From a virus (taxonomy: Duplodnaviria; Caudoviricetes): a DNA stretch of 63,674 nt. The translations under genes were made by a program, and so were the position numbers. Below are positions 60,410 to 63,674 of the stretch, piece after piece (positions within the stretch are counted from its first letter, which is position 1; every line of letters begins with the position of its first letter). Under the pieces are notes generated by a model. That model had not been told where the DNA came from. It saw only the letters and a list, made by a program, of their open reading frames with translations, and searched no databases. Where the stretch lies: positions 1 through 63,674 of the IMG/VR virus record IMGVR_UViG_3300048839_000884; one strand, written 5' to 3'.

Positions 60410-63367
60410 ATGGGTGTGATGAACGAGCGCGACCCGCTGGAGGACAGCGACCCGAGATTCGCGGGCGGGAAGCGCGACCGGCCGACCAGCGAGGAGCCCG
60501 GCGGCCAGTCCGTCGACGACATGATCCTCGGCGAGCTTTCCGGCTACGGCGTCCTGCCCGGCGAGGCGATGCCGGGCATGGAGGAACCCGTCTTCGGCGA
60601 GCCGCCGGACGACAAGGCGGTTCTCCGGTTCATCTCGCAGGCGGAGCCCAAGGCCAACGAGTTCTTCCAAGACAAGGCGATGGACAAGGTGCTCGCAGTC
60701 TATCGCGCGGCGCGCAATGAACATCCTCTAAAATCTAAGTATTTCTCGCCGCTCTACAAGAACAGGTCGGCGTATCATCGCCCGAAGACGCGGAACGCGA
60801 TCAAGCGGGTGCAGACCGCGGCGGCGAACGCGCTGTTCGCGGCGCGCGACGTGATCGACATCTCTCCGGGCGACGAGTCGAACCCGGTCCACCGCGCCGC
60901 GGCGGCGATGCGGAAGGAACTGGTGAACTATCGCCTGTCGCGGTCGAGCGGCCGGAACGCGATCCCGTGGTTCGAGATCGCCGTCGGTGGCCGGACGGAC
61001 GCCTACTGCACCGGCTACACGATCTCGCTCCAGACGTGGCAGTACCGGCGCCGGAAGACCGGCACGGAACCGATGCGGGACGAGATGGGGCGCGAGATCA
61101 TGACGGCCGGCGGGCCGGTCATGAAGGACGTCCACGAGATACTGGCCGACCGGCCGGATATCACGCTCTACCCGATAGAGAACGTCGGCATCGACCCGGC
61201 CGCGCCGTGGCAGGATCCGGCGCAGGGCGCCGCGTTCATCTACCTCAAGGATCCCGTCTACTCGAATGACCTCAAGGCGGTCATGACGCAGGGCGGGAAC
61301 CGGTCGAACATCCCGTGGCGCGACCCGGAGTCGATCTCGTGGTCGGACGGGCGCGTCGACCCCAATCAGGACAGCCGCTCGGTGCGGACCGGCCGCGGTG
61401 ACGGCGGAACGGACCGGATGGAGGATCTGGCCGGCACGCAGGAGTACGAGGACGGCAACACGCTGGTGTGGCGCTACCTCTGGTTCTTCCGCTGGGAGGG
61501 CGAGGACTACTGCGTCTACACGCTCGGCACGCGCACACTCCTCTCCGACCCGATCCCGACCGCGGAGGCGTTCCCGCACCTCTCCGGCCAACGGCCGGTG
61601 GTGATCGGCACCGACGTCATCGCGCCGCACGACCTGATGCCGACGTCGAACGCTTCGGCGCTCCAGCCGATGCAACAGGAGATCAACGAGCAGACCAACC
61701 TCCGGATCGACGCGATCAAGCAGTCGGTCTACCCGCTGGCGAAGGTGAAGCGCGGGCGGAACGTCGACATCACGTCCCTGTCGCGGCGCGGGCCGTCCTC
61801 GAACATCCTCGTCGAGGACACCGACGACGTCACCTACGAGACGATCCCGAATGGCGCGGCGCCGCTGTTTCAGGAGATGGACCGGCTCAACAACGACTTC
61901 GACGAGAGCGCGGGCATCTTCTCGAACTCGTCGGTGCAGGGCCAGCGGGCCATGAACGAGACCGTCGGCGGGATGAAGATCCTCGCCGGCGACGCGCAGG
62001 CGGTGGCGAACCTTGAGCTTCGGGTCTGGACGGAGACGTGGGTCGAGCGCGTGATCTCGCAGATCGTGCTCCTCGAAGCCTACTACGAGACCGACGAGCG
62101 GATCCTGTCGATCTGCGGGCAGCGCGCGGACCTTGAGGGCAAGTTCGGCGTCTCGGTCATCAACGACGACCTGCTTCTCGCCGAGGTGCAGACCCTCGTC
62201 GACGTCGGCACCGGCGCCGCGGACCCCAACGAGTCCATCGGCCGCTTCAAGATGGCCTTCGACACGGTCATGCCGCTGATCGGCGCCGAGGTGCAGGCCG
62301 GCCGCGCGAGCCTCAACGTCAAGGAGATCGTCAACGAGGTGTTCGGGCACGCCGGCTACAAGGACGCCGGCGACCGCTTCATCACCGTGAACGAGGAAGG
62401 CACGCCGACGCAGGACCAGTTGAACCAGTTGCAGGCGCAGTTGGACGAGGCGAACGCCCGGCTTCAGGAACTGGAGATCGGCCGGCAGGCGGAGAAGGAC
62501 ATCACCAAGGCCAAGCTCGACACCGATCTCGCCAAGCAGGAGGCCGACCAGCGGCACGAGAAGGAGATGCTGTTCCTTCAGGCGAAGATCGACCAGATCA
62601 GCACCCTTCTTGGTGGCGTCATGGGCGCGCAGGCGGACCAGCGCAAGGCGCAGTTCGCCGAGGCCGCGGACGAGCGCAAGGCCAACACCGCCATGGAGGC
62701 GGACAAGCGCAAGCTCACCATGACCGAGCGGCAGACCCGCGCCACCGACCAGCGCGCCGCGCAGGATCGCCTGTTCCAGCTTCAGCAGCAGGCGATGACG
62801 GCCCCGCCGGCTCGCCCGAGCCCGACCGAGCAGCTTGCCGCACCGCCGCCGGCCGCAGCCGGGCCGCAGCCGGGCGCATCCGGGCCGCAGCCGGGCATGG
62901 AAGGCGCCCCGCCCGAGGGGATGCCGCCGGAGATGGGCGGGCTCCCGGCCGAGATTCCAATTCCGCCGGAGGGTATTCCGCCGGCGGAATCCACTCCGCC
63001 GCCCGACATGGGAGCGGACTTGACCAGCCCGGTGGTCGACATCGTGCAGCAGGCGCTCGCCGGCATGGCGCAGCAACTCATCCTGCCGATGCAGCAGATG
63101 ATGATGGAGGTCGCGCAGACGCAGGCGGCCCAGCAGGCGCAGATCGACATCGTGCTCCGCGCGATGACGGCGCCGCAGAAGATCGAGCGCGGCCCGGACG
63201 GCCGCGTCGCAGGCGCCCGGCGCGACCTGTCAGGAATCGACCTGTCGAGCCTCCCCGGCCCGCAGCGAGAGCAGATGGAGCGGATGATGGCCGCTCTGTC
63301 ATCCCCGGCCGTCGCGGAACGCGGCGAAGACGGTCGGGTCACCGGAACCCGTCGCGACATGAACTGA
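60410..63367 (+). CDS. Portal protein with long Gln/Pro-rich C-terminal extension (985 aa)
   Basis: RPKTR, GIDPAA, LQPMQQEINEQTNLRID, NETVGGMKIL, ETWVE motifs; head-module position. Confidence 0.8.
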   Translation: MGVMNERDPLEDSDPRFAGGKRDRPTSEEPGGQSVDDMILGELSGYGVLPGEAMPGMEEPVFGEPPDDKAVLRFISQAEPKANEFFQDKAMDKVLAVYRAARNEHPLKSKYFSPLYKNRSAYHRPKTRNAIKRVQTAAANALFAARDVIDISPGDESNPVHRAAAAMRKELVNYRLSRSSGRNAIPWFEIAVGGRTDAYCTGYTISLQTWQYRRRKTGTEPMRDEMGREIMTAGGPVMKDVHEILADRPDITLYPIENVGIDPAAPWQDPAQGAAFIYLKDPVYSNDLKAVMTQGGNRSNIPWRDPESISWSDGRVDPNQDSRSVRTGRGDGGTDRMEDLAGTQEYEDGNTLVWRYLWFFRWEGEDYCVYTLGTRTLLSDPIPTAEAFPHLSGQRPVVIGTDVIAPHDLMPTSNASALQPMQQEINEQTNLRIDAIKQSVYPLAKVKRGRNVDITSLSRRGPSSNILVEDTDDVTYETIPNGAAPLFQEMDRLNNDFDESAGIFSNSSVQGQRAMNETVGGMKILAGDAQAVANLELRVWTETWVERVISQIVLLEAYYETDERILSICGQRADLEGKFGVSVINDDLLLAEVQTLVDVGTGAADPNESIGRFKMAFDTVMPLIGAEVQAGRASLNVKEIVNEVFGHAGYKDAGDRFITVNEEGTPTQDQLNQLQAQLDEANARLQELEIGRQAEKDITKAKLDTDLAKQEADQRHEKEMLFLQAKIDQISTLLGGVMGAQADQRKAQFAEAADERKANTAMEADKRKLTMTERQTRATDQRAAQDRLFQLQQQAMTAPPARPSPTEQLAAPPPAAAGPQPGASGPQPGMEGAPPEGMPPEMGGLPAEIPIPPEGIPPAESTPPPDMGADLTSPVVDIVQQALAGMAQQLILPMQQMMMEVAQTQAAQQAQIDIVLRAMTAPQKIERGPDGRVAGARRDLSGIDLSSLPGPQREQMERMMAALSSPAVAERGEDGRVTGTRRDMN

Positions 63368-63376
63368 GGTTGACCC

Positions 63377-63674
63377 ATGGCCATCCAGATGAGCACCACG
63401 CTCCGGAATGCCCGTCTCGACGCCATCGAGACGACCATCGGAACGTCCGCGATCCTCGAAATCCGCACCGGCGCACAGCCGGCGAACTGCGCTGCCGCCG
63501 ACAGCGGAACGCTTCTCGCGTCCCTGACCCTCCCGTCGGATTGGCTGGCGGCCGCGTCGAGCGGGTCGAAGGCGCTCGCCGGAACGTGGGAGGACACCTC
63601 CGCGAACGCCGGCGGCACCGCGGCGCACTGGCGCCTCAAGGACAGCGGAGGCTCGACCTGCCACATGCAGGGCA
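63377..63674 (+). CDS. Virion structural protein (135 aa), 5' part; continues across the circular join to TAA at 248-250
   Basis: GAGG RBS, ATG 63377; MAIQMSTTLRNARLDAIETTIGTSAILEIRTGAQPANC...; in frame across the repeat; lies between portal and fibre genes. Confidence 0.8.
   Translation, partial: MAIQMSTTLRNARLDAIETTIGTSAILEIRTGAQPANCAAADSGTLLASLTLPSDWLAAASSGSKALAGTWEDTSANAGGTAAHWRLKDSGGSTCHMQG
63549..63674. repeat. Terminal direct repeat (126 bp), right copy
   Basis: Identical to 15-140; the ORF starting at 63377 reads through the join. Confidence 0.95.

Noticed and set aside
1-63674. Integrase, CI repressor, partition genes, DNA polymerase, tRNAs
   Set aside because: No recognisable motifs found by eye; the lifestyle cannot be fixed without HMM and tRNAscan searches.

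Overview
The window is an apparently complete, circularly permuted genome (~63.5 kb unique; 15-140 repeats 63549-63674) of a GC-rich tailed phage. It is podovirus-like: there is no tape-measure or tail-tube module, but there are ejection proteins. The host is very likely alphaproteobacterial, judged from GapR-like, GcrA-like and DnaA-domain-IV genes. The + strand late module (58.2 kb, wrapping through the ends to 35.4 kb) encodes a tailspike, portal, fibre proteins, scaffold, major capsid, adaptor, tail fibre, nozzle, ejection proteins, a 4445-aa DarB-like polyvalent protein, a virion lysin and a holin/endolysin/spanin cassette. The large terminase sits apart, on the - strand at the end of an ERF recombination operon (35.3-41.2 kb). 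A replication/regulator operon follows (41.3-45.1 kb, +), then a - strand early region of about 17 small genes (45.4-50.9 kb) and a + strand block of small genes (51-58 kb). No integrase, DNA polymerase, tRNA or CRISPR array was recognised. The most striking signal is in the early region: eight intergenic ~75-nt elements each start at the upstream UGA stop and end at the next ATG. They can fold into two mutually exclusive RNA structures supported by compensatory substitutions, which suggests a ribosome-triggered translational-coupling switch repeated along a cassette-like gene array. The array also has palindromic operator/promoters and a terminal Aca-like HTH gene. Other notable items are two apparently real genes overprinted inside the giant protein and a GGQ-less mini release-factor domain. 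All protein calls come from motif recognition by eye; no database search was run.
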